Assembly (NCBI GenBank): GCA_964035575.1
Contig: OZ037833.1
Span: forward strand, 124,001-188,000
Source of the DNA: Rhynchopus sp. YZ270_cl-10
Lineage: Eukaryota
Direction: 5' to 3'
Length of the DNA: 64,000 nucleotides
The translations under genes were made by a program, and so were the position numbers. A model generated the notes under the pieces. It had not been told where the DNA came from, did no database searches, and was given only the letters and a program-made list of their open reading frames with translations. Shown piece by piece: positions 12,101-19,007 of the stretch; within the stretch, counting starts at the first letter, position 1, and every line of letters starts with the position of its first letter.

Positions 12101-15100
12101 GTCACGGAATCAGTTGCTGTGGGAAGAGTAAGTGTTTCAGTCGCAGTGCCCGTTGGCAGAGTCAGTGTCTCTGTCGCTGTTGCCGTCGGGAGCGTCAGCG
12201 TCTCTGTTGCTGTCCCCGTCGGCAGTGTCATTGTCTCCGTTGCAGTGCCTGTTGGAAGCGTCAAGGTCTCTGTCGCTGTCGCTGTCGGCAGAGTTAACGT
12301 TTCAGTAGCCGTTCCTGTAGGCAATGTCAATGTCTCTGTCGCTGTGCCCGTTGGAAGGGTGAGAGTTTCAGTTGAAGTGCCGGTTGGAAGCGTCAACGTC
12401 TCTGTTGCCGTACTGGTAGGAAGAGTTAACGTCTCAGTTGATGTCGCAGTTGGCAGCGTCAAAGTCTCTGTGGCCGTTCCCGTTGGCAGTGTCAGTGTCT
12501 CTGTCTCAGTTGATGTAGGGAGCGTCAAGGACAACGTCTCAGTGGCACTCGCAGATGGTAGCGAAAGTGTCTCCGTGGCCGTGTGTGTCGCAGTCGGAAG
12601 CGTCAGAGTCGCAGATTCTGTTCCTGTAGGCAACGTCAGTGTCACAGATGCCGTACCAGTTGGAAGGGTCAACGTCTCTGTCGCTGTGCCGGTCGGAAGT
12701 GTGAATGTCTCTGTGGCCGTCCCTGTAGGTAACGTCAACGTCTCAGTTGCGGTTCCGGTTGGGAGCGTAAGAGTCTCAGTCGCTGTGCCGGTCGGCAGAG
12801 TTAACGTCTCCGTCGCAGTACCAGTGGGAAGAGTCAATGTCTCTGTCGCAGTGCCTGTGGGAAGAGTGAGCGTCTCAGTAGCAGTTCCTGTTGGCAACGT
12901 CAATGTCTCTGTTGCTGTTCCTGTCGGTAGAGTCAATGTTTCAGTCGCAGTACCAGTTGGCAAAGTCAGAGTTTCAGTCGCAGTCGCTGTCGGAAGCGTT
13001 AGTGTGACTGTCGAAGTAGCTGTAGGAAGTGTGAGTGTCTCAGTCGCAGTACCTGTTGGCAACGTAAACGTTTCAGTTGCCGTACCGGTTGGCAGCGTCA
13101 ATGTCGCACTCTCTGTGCCAGTTGGAAGTGTGAGCGTCTCAGTTGCGGTTCCCGTTGGCAGCGTCAATGTTTCCGTTGCTGTTCCTGTCGGCAGCGTTAG
13201 CGTCTCTGTTGCTGTCCCAGTGGGGAGTGTCAGCGTCACAGTAGACGTCCCAGTCGGAAGAGTCAATGTCTCAGTCGCTGTGCCAGTCGGCAGCGTCAGT
13301 GACACCGTTTCCGTCCCAGTGGGGAGTGTCAAAGTCTCAGTCGCTGTGCCAGTGGGGAGGGTTAGTGTCTCTGTTGCTGTGCCGGTCGGTAGTGTTAACG
13401 TCTCAGTCGCTGTCGCTGTCGGCAGCGTGAAGGTTGCTGTCATTGTGCCTGTAGGAAGGGTCAACGTCTCTGTCGCTGTTCCCGTTGGCAGTGTGAGAGT
13501 CTCAGTCGCAGTGCCGGTTGGAAGGGTAAAAGTCTCTGTTGCTGTTCCTGTCGGCAGAGTCAAAGTTGATGTTTCCGTGCTTGTGGGCAGTGTCAGAGTC
13601 TCCGTAGCTGTCGCAGTGGGCAGCGTCAACGTCTCTGTCGCTGTTCCTGTTGGCAGAGTCAGTGTCTCAGTAGCAGTACCTGTCGGCAACGTCAAAGTCT
13701 CGGTCGCAGTTGCTGTGGGAAGAGTTAATGTTTCAGTTGCAGTTCCAGTTGGGAGGGTGAGAGTCTCTGTCGCTGTGCCAGTCGGAAGCGTCAATGTTTC
13801 AGTTGCGGTCCCCGTAGGAAGGGTCAACGTCTCAGAAGCTGTTCCGGTGGGCAGCGTAAGTGTTTCAGTAGCTGTCCCAGTGGGCAGGGTCAACGTCTCG
13901 GTCGCAGTCGCTGTCGGAAGAGTTAATGTTTCAGTTGCTGTGCCCGTAGGCAGAGTGAGTGTCTCAGTAGCTGTGCCTGTGGGTAAAGTGACCGTCTCAG
14001 TCGCAGTTCCAGTCGGCAGCGTCATTGTTATCGTTGACGTTCCTGAGGGAAGCGTCAGCGTCTCTGTTGCAGTAACAGTCGGAAGTGTCAGAGTCTCAGT
14101 TGCTGTGCCAGTTGGAAGCGTCAACGTTTCCGTTGCAGTGCCTGTTGGGAGAGTCATTGTTTCAGTCGCAGTACCAGTGGGCAACGTCAGAGTCTCCGTA
14201 GCAGTAGCTGTCGGAAGCGTCAGTGTCTGAGTTTCTGTGCCTGTTGGCAGTGTGAGAGTTTCAGTCGCAGTTCCAGTGGGTAGCGTGAATGTCTCTGTGG
14301 CTGTGCCAGTTGGCAACGTCATTGTGAGAGTTGATGTGCCAGTTGGCAGTGTCAGAGTCTCTGTTGCTGTTCCTGTCGGAAGTGTCAATGTCTGAGTTTC
14401 CGTCCCAGTTGGCAACGTGAGTGTCTCTGTTGCTGTGCCAGTTGGAAGAGTCATTGTCTCTGTCGCAGTCTCTGTTGGCAGAGTTAATGTTTCTGTCGCT
14501 GTGCCGGTCGGAAGGGTGAGCGTCTCAGTTGCCGTCCCTGTAGGCAATGTCAACGTGTCCGTTGCTGTTCCGGTGGGGAGCGTGAGAGTCTCAGTAGCTG
14601 TCCCAGTTGGCAGAGTGAGTGTGTCAGTCTGCGTTCCTGTGGGTAGAGTCAGTGTCTCTGTCACGGTACTTGTGGGAAGCGTCAACGACACTGTTTCCGT
14701 AGCAGTGGGAAGTGTCAACGTGTCCGTTGCTGTTCCAGTTGGAAGCGTCAGCGTCTCTGTTGCTGTCCCCGTCGGCAGTGTCATTGTCTCCGTTGCAGTG
14801 CTTGTGGGAAGCGTCAAGGTCTCTGTCGCTGTCGCTGTCGGCAGCGTCAATGTTTCAGTGGCAGTGCCTGTAGGCAATGTCAATGTCTCTGTCGCTGTGC
14901 CCGTTGGCAGTGTGAGAGTCTCAGTCGCTGTGCCGGTTGGAAGGGTAAACGTCTCTGTCGCAGTCGCAGTGGGAAGAGTCAAAGTTGATGTTTCCGTGCT
15001 TGTGGGCAGTGTCAGAGTCTCAGTAGCTGTCGCAGTGGGCAGCGTCAAGGTTTCTGTCGCAGTGCCAGTTGGCAGAGTCATTGTCTCTGTTGCTGTTGCA

Positions 15101-18060
15101 GTCGGCAACGTCAGAGTCTCTGTCGCAGTTGCAGTGGGAAGAGTCAATGTTGTTGTTTCTGTGCTTGTGGGCAACGTCAGGGTCTCCGTAGCTGTGCCAG
15201 TCGGAAGAGTCATAGTCTCTGTTGCTGTCCCTGTCGGCAGCGTCATTGTCTCTGTAGCAGTACTAGTAGGCAAAGTGAACGTCTCTGTCGCTGTCGCTGT
15301 CGGCAGAGTCAACGTTTCTGTCGCAGTGCCTGTAGGCAATGTCAATGTCTCTGTTGCTGTGCCCGTCGGAAGAGTGAAAGTCTCTGTTGCCGTGCCTGTT
15401 GGCAGCGTCATTGTCAGCGTTGCAGTTCCTGTCGGCAGAGTTAACGTCTCTGTTGCTGTTCCAGTTGGAAGCGTCACAGTCAGCGTCTGTGTTCCAGTCG
15501 GAAGCGTTAACGTCTCTGTTGCAGTTCCAGTGGGTAGGGTAAAAGTTAGCGTCGCAGTGCCAGTCGGCAACGTGAGCGTCAGAGTTGAGCTCGCTGTCCG
15601 AAGCGTCAATGTCTCTGTTGCTGTGCCTGTTGGCAATGTAAGTGTTTCAGTCGCAGTTCCAGTGGGCAGTGTCATTGTCTCTGTGGCTGTGCCAGTTGGC
15701 AGAGTCATCGTCAGAGTTGATGTACCAGTGGGAAGAGTAAGTGTCTCTGTCGCAGTCGCTGTCGGAAGCGTCAATGTCTCTGTTGCTGTCCCAGTTGGCA
15801 ATGTAAGTGTTTCAGTCGCAGTTCCAGTGGGTAGCGTGAATGTCTCTGTCGCCGTGCCAGTGGGAAGCGTCATTGTCAGAGTTGATGTGCCAGTTGGCAG
15901 TGTCAGAGTCTCTGTTGCTGTTCCAGTAGGAAGTGTAAATGTTTGAGTCTCTGTACCAGTCGGAAGAGTCATAGTCTCTGTTGCAGTCCCTGTCGGCAGC
16001 GTCATTGTCTCTGTAGCAGTGCTAGTAGGCAAAGTGAACGTCTCTGTCGCTGTCGCAGTCGGCAGAGTCAACGTTTCTGTCGCAGTACCTGTAGGCAATG
16101 TCAACGTCTCTGTTGCTGTAGCAGTAGGAAGTGTCAACGTCTGAGTTTCAGTGCCGGTTGGCAATGTAAGTGTTTCAGTCGCAGTTCCAGTGGGCAGTGT
16201 CATTGTCTCTGTGGCTGTGCCAGTTGGCAGAGTCATCGTCAGAGTTGATGTACCAGTCGGTAGTGTCAGAGTCTCTGTCGCAGTCGCTGTCGGAAGCGTC
16301 AGTGTCGCGGTTTCCGTCGCTGTGGGCAATGTGAGTGTCTCAGTTGCTGTTCCTGTGGGTAGAGTGAACGTCTCCGTAGCAGTACCAGTCGGCAGCGTCA
16401 TTGTCACTGTTGCTGTTCCCGTTGGGAGCGTCAATGTCTCTGTCGCTGTTGCAGTCGGAAGTGTGTGGGTTTGTGTCTCTGTGCCAGTCGGAAGAGTCAA
16501 CGTCTCAGTTGCAGTGCCTGTCGGCAGAGTCATTGTCTCAGTCGCAGTACCAGTGGGCAACGTCAGAGTCTCCGTAGCAGTAGCTGTCGGAAGTGTCAGT
16601 GTCTCTGTTGCCGTGCCAGTTGGCAGTGTGAGAGTCTCAGTTGCTGTGTCTGTGGGTAGAGTCAGTGTTTCCGTAGCTGTACCAGTCGGAAGTGTTATTG
16701 TCTCTGTCGCTGTGCCTGTTGGCAGCGTCATTGTCACCGTTGATGTTCCTGTCGGAAACGTTAACGTCTGAGTAACTGTGCCAGTCGGAAGTGTTAGTGT
16801 ATCCGTTGCAGTGCCTGTAGGCAATGTCAACGTCTCTGTCGCGGTGCCGGTGGGGAGCGTGAGAGTGTGCGTTGCAGTACCAGAAGGAAGCGTTAAGGTG
16901 TCTGTCTCAGTTCCTGTGGGCATCGTAAGAGTTGCAGTCTCTGTCGCTGTGGGCAGCGTGAGTGTAGCAGTCGCTGTGCCGGTGGGAAGTGTGAGCGTCT
17001 CAGTTGCGGTTCCTGTGGGAAGAGTCAGCGTCTCTGTTGCTGTCCCAGTCGGCAGTGTCAATGTCTCTGTCGCAGTGCTTGTTGGCAACGTCAGAGTGTC
17101 TGTCAGAGTTCCAGTTGGGAGCGTCAGAGTCTCAGTCGAAGTGCCAGTCGGGAGAGTCAACGTTTCTGTTGCTGTGCCGGTTGGCAGGGTCAAAGTGTTC
17201 GTATCAGTGGACGTGGGCAGTGTGAGTGTCGCCGTCACTGTCCCGGTCGGAAGCGTCAACGTTTCGGTAGCAGTCCCGGTTGGGAGTGTGAGCGTGTCTG
17301 TTGCAGTCCCTGTCGGCAGCGTCATCGTAGCAGTCTCGGTTCCCGTTGGCAACGTCAACGTCTCTGTTGCTGTTCCAGAAGGCAGCGTCAAGGTTTGAGT
17401 CTCCGTCCCTGTGGGCAATGTGACTGTCTCTGTCGCAGTACTTGTTGGCAAAGTAAATGTTTCCGTTCCAGTTATTGTAGGCAGCGTCAATGTCGCTGTT
17501 TCTGTCCCAGTTGGCAACGTCAAGGTTTCTGTCGCTGTTCCAGTCGGAAGAGTCAGCGTTTCGGTCTCCGTCCCTGTCGGAAGCGTCAATGTCTCCGTTG
17601 CCGATGCTGTCGGCAGTGTCAATGTTTCGGACGCGGTTCCTGTGGGGAGGGTCAGTGTCTGTGTCTCGGTCCCTGTGGGCAGCGAGACGGACATGGACTC
17701 TGTGTCTGTGCCTGACACTGTTAGGGTTCGCGATCGTGACGCCGTCTGCGTTGGAAGTGTGACGGAGAATGAGCGGCTGCGGCTGAGCGACGACGAGCGC
17801 GACACAGAGCTCGACGCTGTGCCCGTTGGAAGTGTCACGGACACGGACACCGTCACAGTCCCACTCGGCAGTGTCACACTCATCGATTCGGACGCTGTCC
17901 CCGACGCACTCTCCGTCCCGGTTGCCGTCGGCAATGTCAGCGACTCAGTCCCCGTCAGCGTCAGCGTCACCGTCGCCGTGCTCCCACCCGCACACTCCAC
18001 ACCTGTCAAACACGCATGCGCCAGGACCAGAGCCCACACATGCCACACATGCCCTCTCAT
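1..18060 (-). CDS. Giant secreted/surface protein (at least 6020 aa, 3' end outside the window): signal peptide + Thr-rich 11-aa repeat region + tandem Cys-containing modules
   Basis: ATG at 18060 gives MRGHVWHVWALVLAHACLTGVECAGG (signal-peptide-like). I read the frame codon by codon from 9180 to 1 and found no stop. Across the repeat region all antisense Val-rich ORFs (9134, 10826, 11255, 14417, 16151, 16778, 17411) share one frame, so there is no frameshift. It is absent from the ORF track, presumably because no stop falls in the window. Confidence 0.93.
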   Translation of the reverse strand, partial: MRGHVWHVWALVLAHACLTGVECAGGSTATVTLTLTGTESLTLPTATGTESASGTASESMSVTLPSGTVTVSVSVTLPTGTASSSVSRSSSLSRSRSFSVTLPTQTASRSRTLTVSGTDTESMSVSLPTGTETQTLTLPTGTASETLTLPTASATETLTLPTGTETETLTLPTGTATETLTLPTGTETATLTLPTITGTETFTLPTSTATETVTLPTGTETQTLTLPSGTATETLTLPTGTETATMTLPTGTATDTLTLPTGTATETLTLPTGTVTATLTLPTSTDTNTLTLPTGTATETLTLPTGTSTETLTLPTGTLTDTLTLPTSTATETLTLPTGTATETLTLPTGTATETLTLPTGTATATLTLPTATETATLTMPTGTETDTLTLPSGTATHTLTLPTGTATETLTLPTGTATDTLTLPTGTVTQTLTFPTGTSTVTMTLPTGTATETITLPTGTATETLTLPTDTATETLTLPTGTATETLTLPTATATETLTLPTGTATETMTLPTGTATETLTLPTGTETQTHTLPTATATETLTLPTGTATVTMTLPTGTATETFTLPTGTATETLTLPTATETATLTLPTATATETLTLPTGTSTLTMTLPTGTATETMTLPTGTATETLTLPTGTETQTLTLPTATATETLTLPTGTATETLTLPTATATETFTLPTSTATETMTLPTGTATETMTLPTGTETQTFTLPTGTATETLTLPTGTSTLTMTLPTGTATETFTLPTGTATETLTLPTGTATETLTLPTATATETLTLPTGTSTLTMTLPTGTATETMTLPTGTATETLTLPTGTATETLTLRTASSTLTLTLPTGTATLTFTLPTGTATETLTLPTGTQTLTVTLPTGTATETLTLPTGTATLTMTLPTGTATETFTLPTGTATETLTLPTGTATETLTLPTATATETFTLPTSTATETMTLPTGTATETMTLPTGTATETLTLPTSTETTTLTLPTATATETLTLPTATATETMTLPTGTATETLTLPTATATETLTLPTSTETSTLTLPTATATETFTLPTGTATETLTLPTGTATETLTLPTGTATETLTLPTATATETLTLPTSTATETMTLPTGTATETLTLPTGTATDTLTLPTATETVSLTLPTSTVTETLTLPTGTQTDTLTLPTGTATETLTLPTGTATDTLTLPTGTATETLTLPTGTATETLTLPTETATETMTLPTGTATETLTLPTGTETQTLTLPTGTATETLTLPTGTSTLTMTLPTGTATETFTLPTGTATETLTLPTGTETQTLTLPTATATETLTLPTGTATETMTLPTGTATETLTLPTGTATETLTLPTVTATETLTLPSGTSTITMTLPTGTATETVTLPTGTATETLTLPTGTATETLTLPTATATETLTLPTGTATETLTLPTGTASETLTLPTGTATETLTLPTGTATETLTLPTGTATETLTLPTATATETLTLPTGTATETLTLPTGTATETLTLPTATATETLTLPTSTETSTLTLPTGTATETFTLPTGTATETLTLPTGTATETLTLPTGTMTATFTLPTATATETLTLPTGTATETLTLPTGTATETLTLPTGTETVSLTLPTGTATETLTLPTGTSTVTLTLPTGTATETLTLPTGTATETLTLPTGTATETLTLPTGTESATLTLPTGTATETFTLPTGTATETLTLPTATSTVTLTLPTATATETLTLPTGTATETLTLPTGTATETLTLPTGTATETLTLPTGTATETLTLPTGTATETLTLPTGTATETLTLPTGTATETLTLPTGTATETFTLPTGTATETLTLPTGTASVTLTLPTGTESATLTLPTATHTATETLSLPSASATETLSLTLPTSTETETLTLPTGTATETLTLPTATSTETLTLPTSTATETLTLPTGTSTETLTLPTGTATETLTLPTGTATETLTLPTATATETLTLPTGTATETMTLPTGTATETLTLPTATATETLTLPTGTATETLTLPTATDSVTFTLPTGTATETLTLPTGTATETLTLPTGTATETLTLPTATATETLTLPTGTATETMTLPTGTATETLTLPTATATETLTLPTSTETSTLTLPTATATETFTLPTGTATETLTLPTGTATETLTLPTGTATETLTLPTATATETLTLPTGTATETMTLPTGTATETLTLPTGTATETLTLPTGTATETLTLPTATATETLTLPTGTATETMTLPTGTATETLTLPTGTETATLTLPTGTATETLTLPTGTSTITMTLPTGTATETFTLPTGTATETLTLPTGTETQTLTLPTATATETLTLPTGTATETMTLPTGTATETLTLPTGTATETLTLPTATATETLTLPTGTATETMTLPTGTATETFTLPTGTATETLTLPTATETATLTLPTATATETLTLPTGTATMTFTLPTGTATETFTLPTGTETQTLTLPTATATETLTLPTGTATVTMTLPTGTATETFTLPTGTATETLTLPTGTATETLTLPTATATETLTLPTSTATETMTLPTGTATETMTLPTGTATETLTLPTATATETLTLPTATATETLTLPTGTATETMTLPTGTATETLTLPTGTETQTLTLPTATATETLTLPTGTATETLTLPTATATETFTLPTGTATETLTLPTATATETLTLPTATETATLTLPTSTETATLTLPTGTATETMTLPTGTETQTLTLPTATETMTLTLPTATATETLTLPTGTETQTLTLPTATATETLTLPTGTATETLTLPTATATETLTLPTGTATETLTLPTGTATETLTLPTGTATETLTLPTATETTTLTLPTATATETLTLPTGTATETLTLPTGTATETLTLPTGTETQTLTLPTATESFTFTLPTATATETLTLPTGTATETLTLPSATETQTLTLPTATETVSLTLPTATATFTLTLTHTFTMTLPSATETQTLTLPTATQSATVTMTLPTATETHSFTLTLPTATQSATVTMTLPTATATFTFTFTETLVPEIEYAALHNVTLGGASTALVYQGIDTYVALTGLNLQAGYRVSLQRELPLYEGRGCSAEAPTGGWHTPLPLLNVTTEPEPVKSTATVLIPGSLADDSMPVRTVLCLSRQDAGSNFKWPADMYLQIISINTIGGRRRLELNYDVSGYYELTGHGFTEEMRVKLLHDCSATGPDQGADALNITDVYNATTGHTTLGAGGGTSGRIYLPSTHTQRHTRDLRVCLAVHPDPYATYIATPLRVDILLILETVRADDGPTLLSATYDDARTDAFPRTPLNATLRVYKGYPANLTLTGYGLRSWQRAGVFRACVRGATDVLGSGVASSLETAAPAASASSALSTAYVALSAAQTVFTSLWASPQHLCLSLESSGQGFDVDWSVDIVSVNVSSVDGTTDLEVPYGDTLFHLLAGEGLASGMQAQLVPSNATCGFPFEGFRTPFNISGSANPYMREVSAWEDGALRTTHGDTSGLLRFSHVQSMRQEAGLKLCFNVWDSPSASFVDTTVRVSFAIHITTITVYEEAVAPGGTIFVYRGQTPILSVNGTGLFDFFRFSLQEHGCSTDVNLTGVHEPMTLYPTPLTRMVRDNPYDLPAVDGNVSSSGGDLYLRYVHTVQASEKAALCVSQYRSGADFSAAQEEFFVTVVELAVVDDGRKYIVVGWGTTTNHTLTGVGLRGDMQIRFTEACESSGDTQNYPDVPLWGRTSTNEFGRGHVRHPTYNISLSGAESSSAIVGRADHGSTDPYDNNLNPSHWVTVREDQTSRQAIELRVCISVYAYPNPYFFDTGLYFTSGVAASSVTCEEDTTSRGGRVLMYKGTEPRLELKGLGFRPWMSVSFLPVCTSMGAALYGNAVPINVLPRNYSYSNTADVGGASYSSARIGRYDADSPYVATERASVQLSSYHTAAATPDDLFICFTGHDTSYGRFGIDAAEFFVGFGASGWEDDLTIPGPPHHDITGRRAVLSSPYIGFGVVELRTLANTTDLELPYGSDIAIELSGVLLHLGETMGMQLKFSSENSVDGAYCNSSVTGLSTPMNLTYPAGVAVAGLLPTQSYRHSLALRVCLSVHPAPNTWFADTNLTISFVIRMDEVVSYDSHNTPTRSANGQRLLSSVKAKPFPEYTKENSVVRLMKGYVTTLDVTGEGLYPWQRVSFQDVQCASYAPDLSFERAPINVVPVTMQYYDSKVGRPFRDPSDGFAPKTAAADYSTNFYTTRATLNVTQDHVKHAFYTRYLCVSEYADGHDFSVWYSGMTVSVIELATVRGHRTVYTLEDGLGTEWLRHAYLAFGSSPVLPLNGTGLLDGMRIKLDTDCSSSNLTGTFDAMNITDQRSDMTYAQAAITFTRGITWQHTFGLKLCLAVHPIPSIVFLDTGLTADVAVHFRTVSSYGVSAAHNEEVFVYKGQETELAVNGSGFESHHRVSIQRDGVCGDELAPTPTYDELYGTATPIFLTRLADFAVYDATRGFPFATLNITLIHTNESYERAALCLSQFGAEGSQLTPHGNYWNFPSFLDRIFFTVVELVSIDGNRPEAYWGEVFRSFLSVPYLASSNHSFLGVGLRQGMQVKFAENCLSQNVSNLAIPLQLEGASGVGLHAVLTEQQTRQHAVELDVCVALWPAPHTVFFSSGHRFSVGVILSSVGHHNTPKNRQQDVLIYKSATPTLSISGWGFYHGQQIAFLEDCQTVQWYANGNLTSSGVPMDIVPQNVTLADGSVSMSTTAEVVVAYDATNQAFWKRRICVSLGEQNSQRFGELDFRIHAHEYDFRTAERIDGNDIFVVVVELVSLDGNYTHLIVPYGATSNHSLFGTALRDGMQIKFSTDCNATTTGRQTPMNVTDAVGFAPPMPSSAVVTLTQVQTFQHSRVADTTLTSGAKSPMKICLAVEPHPSTDFSDTGLVADIAITIDQVSSYGHRTDRHNNRVFLYHRKSHSVVLYGAGFYSWQRLLLRYQNKNPSDLWCSDEPGELTGILTPMWINPGPLTEYALRDERKGWRPEDDPQFEGTVHGYVAEGSSGRAEVNITATHHLEAPAARLRMCLSEYAEGSDFSIDTRMDVTIVQLLYVDNVTAVFFPYGDTGLHFAEGFSVLDGMQLKFSSNCDLNTTEQYTPIPIFSADPEGNDGGHFQMTRTVSNRHERDLKVCLAVWPSGNDGFEDTGLRAAILITVSKVETYGVGVAAGGTVKIFEGNATLLVLHGAGFDTYHRAAFLPNCTTDDNTTRGDAPPVSTPMFLSPVSTERTTAHIWTTSSQVGSAVSGLRLCLSQYDHGNDFSIDPDFDIDVVSLHSLNGNTSLEIPYGSTPLLRIEGTGLDDTMQVYFDAHCDDLSWHQNSREEPMNTSWSGAVLPWYVGGINTTEHPQYAHYGGYEQNEGDSGTMRHTRGVLTPNGAGAYVVLTTSQTYRHTHTPLKVCLAVYPAPHALFFDTGVTISIKIMVERAASYGVWTEAGAVDVHNAHNPDGAVLTYVGYAPRITFMGKGLFAWQRVAVLPACSIVAGVVDYTPTASVSFDNITGWDNTDKTGEDWQSAEILLESFHVNAAFGTPTNRVRFCLSEYSVGTDFGIDVDIRFAVVSLDVIEAHSEVAGYSGLWSTRLPLIYGSRTTHSVKGDNIGDGMRLKLEPHGGCDSDNTTGRSTPMTVSGVWNTTGNFTFDEEVTNRHAWPEVLSLCIAVYQAPSTVFFATNVTVDIFLDIVTATSYAHTRPAVAHQLEYSYARTPDGAYSDTQHLFHQRRLSTVYLYHGNTTTVNIVGQGLYAHHRVALLDNCTTDNDVYTLSAAGTPVPLTALQHSEGIEQPFAWPGTGRYRETLHDASGGFGSDPYPVTASGRGFTAASVVLTAAHLAAPYNSRMLCVSEYHDGWDFRIWTGLYASVVQLMSVDSLEVAPIIYGTSAWHSAYGVGLIDGMQIKFDEHEACDTDVSGLETPMNLTNIRSPARFLVTTEQSYTHSIRYVCFAVWPPPSDVFLNTGLFVDVRVEVHHAEVFGGDAHPSVRVHPGEEIRVYTGDVQMVDLSGLGFHDWHRASLQDECSVYVANLTDTAIPMEVSNYDGSHQANFSLVRLHAATPYNRKRLCLS
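9175..17985 (-). repeat. 33-bp coding tandem repeat, about 260 units, consensus TATETLTLPT(G/A)
   Basis: 11-codon periodicity is directly visible, with heavily scrambled third positions. About 8.8 kb / 33 bp gives the unit count. Confidence 0.97.
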
Positions 18061-18852
18061 AGGGAGAGAGGGCCTTTTCTTAAGTTTGTTTTCACCCAAA
18101 AAAAAAAAGGTTTAAGGGGGTTTGCTGCGAAAGGGGAAAGGGGAAAGTGTCCAAGGTAATTAACCGTCCCTGTGGTGAAGGTGTCATGGATGTGAGGGAG
18201 GGGGGGAACGGAACGGTGGTGCTAATCGCGTGGCATTTGCCGCGATCTCTCGGGTACTATTGGGTGATCTATGATCGCCTCCGTGAGACATACACAACAG
18301 GATGTGAGAGCTTTTGCGAGGGCTTGTGAGACGGCTACTGAGAGTTGGTGAGAAAAAAAAACTCTCCCGGTTCATAGATCAGCCAACAATTTTTACCTGT
18401 GGTTATTGTGTCAAAATATATTTGATGGAAAAGAAGAAATATCGTGCATGAGTTGCCAAAAAGAATCTTTTATTTCATTCGTTTCGTTGCATATTTTGCC
18501 GATACAATAATGTGTTGTTCTCTTGTGCTCAACAGATCACCTTGGTCATGAAGACAAAGGGAAATACTGTGGTTCACAAATCAACACGAGGACTACTTGA
18601 CTTTTCTTTTGAACACTTTTCCACCCCCTCCCGGGTGGCTACATACGTTTTATTCTTCTTGGTGTGGCACGCCCCAAAAATTAAGTCAATTCTACTTCGG
18701 GTGTAGTTCAAACTTATACCCAAAAGCTGCTGAACGTGCCACACCATTGTTGTTGTTGTTGTTTTTTTCCGCGTTTTGTTTGAGAAAACCCTAAAGATGA
18801 ATATGAAAACAAGGTTCGAAGACACACATACGCACACAAAAAAAAAAAGCTA

Positions 18853-19007
18853 GGGTAAGGACATTCCGGTACCCCCAAGTGTGACTTTTGGACAGTTCAG
18901 AACCACAAGGTTTGCATTTTGGACACTTCAGACCTTGTGGGTGGGTGTCGGTCTTGTGGTTCTGAATTGTCCAAAAGTCACACTTGGGGGTACCAGAATG
19001 TCTACCC
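18853..19007. mobile_element. MITE-like foldback element with ~55-bp terminal inverted repeats
   Basis: Left arm gggtaaggacattccggtacccccaagtgtgacttttggacagttcagaaccacaag; reverse complement of the right arm gggtagacattctggtacccccaagtgtgacttttggacaattcagaaccacaag. Spacer about 43 bp. No clear TSD. Confidence 0.65.

Noticed and set aside
9175..17985. 33-bp periodicity resembling a CRISPR array
   Set aside because: No unique spacers, variation is mostly synonymous, it lies inside a coding frame, and there are no cas genes in this eukaryotic context.
9134..18115. Long + strand Val/Ser-rich ORFs (561, 991, 509 aa etc.) and Arg/Cys/Gln-rich ORFs
   Set aside because: Antisense shadows of the Thr-rich minus-strand repeat (ACN codons read as GTN). 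They are interrupted by TGA wherever the real protein has Gln.
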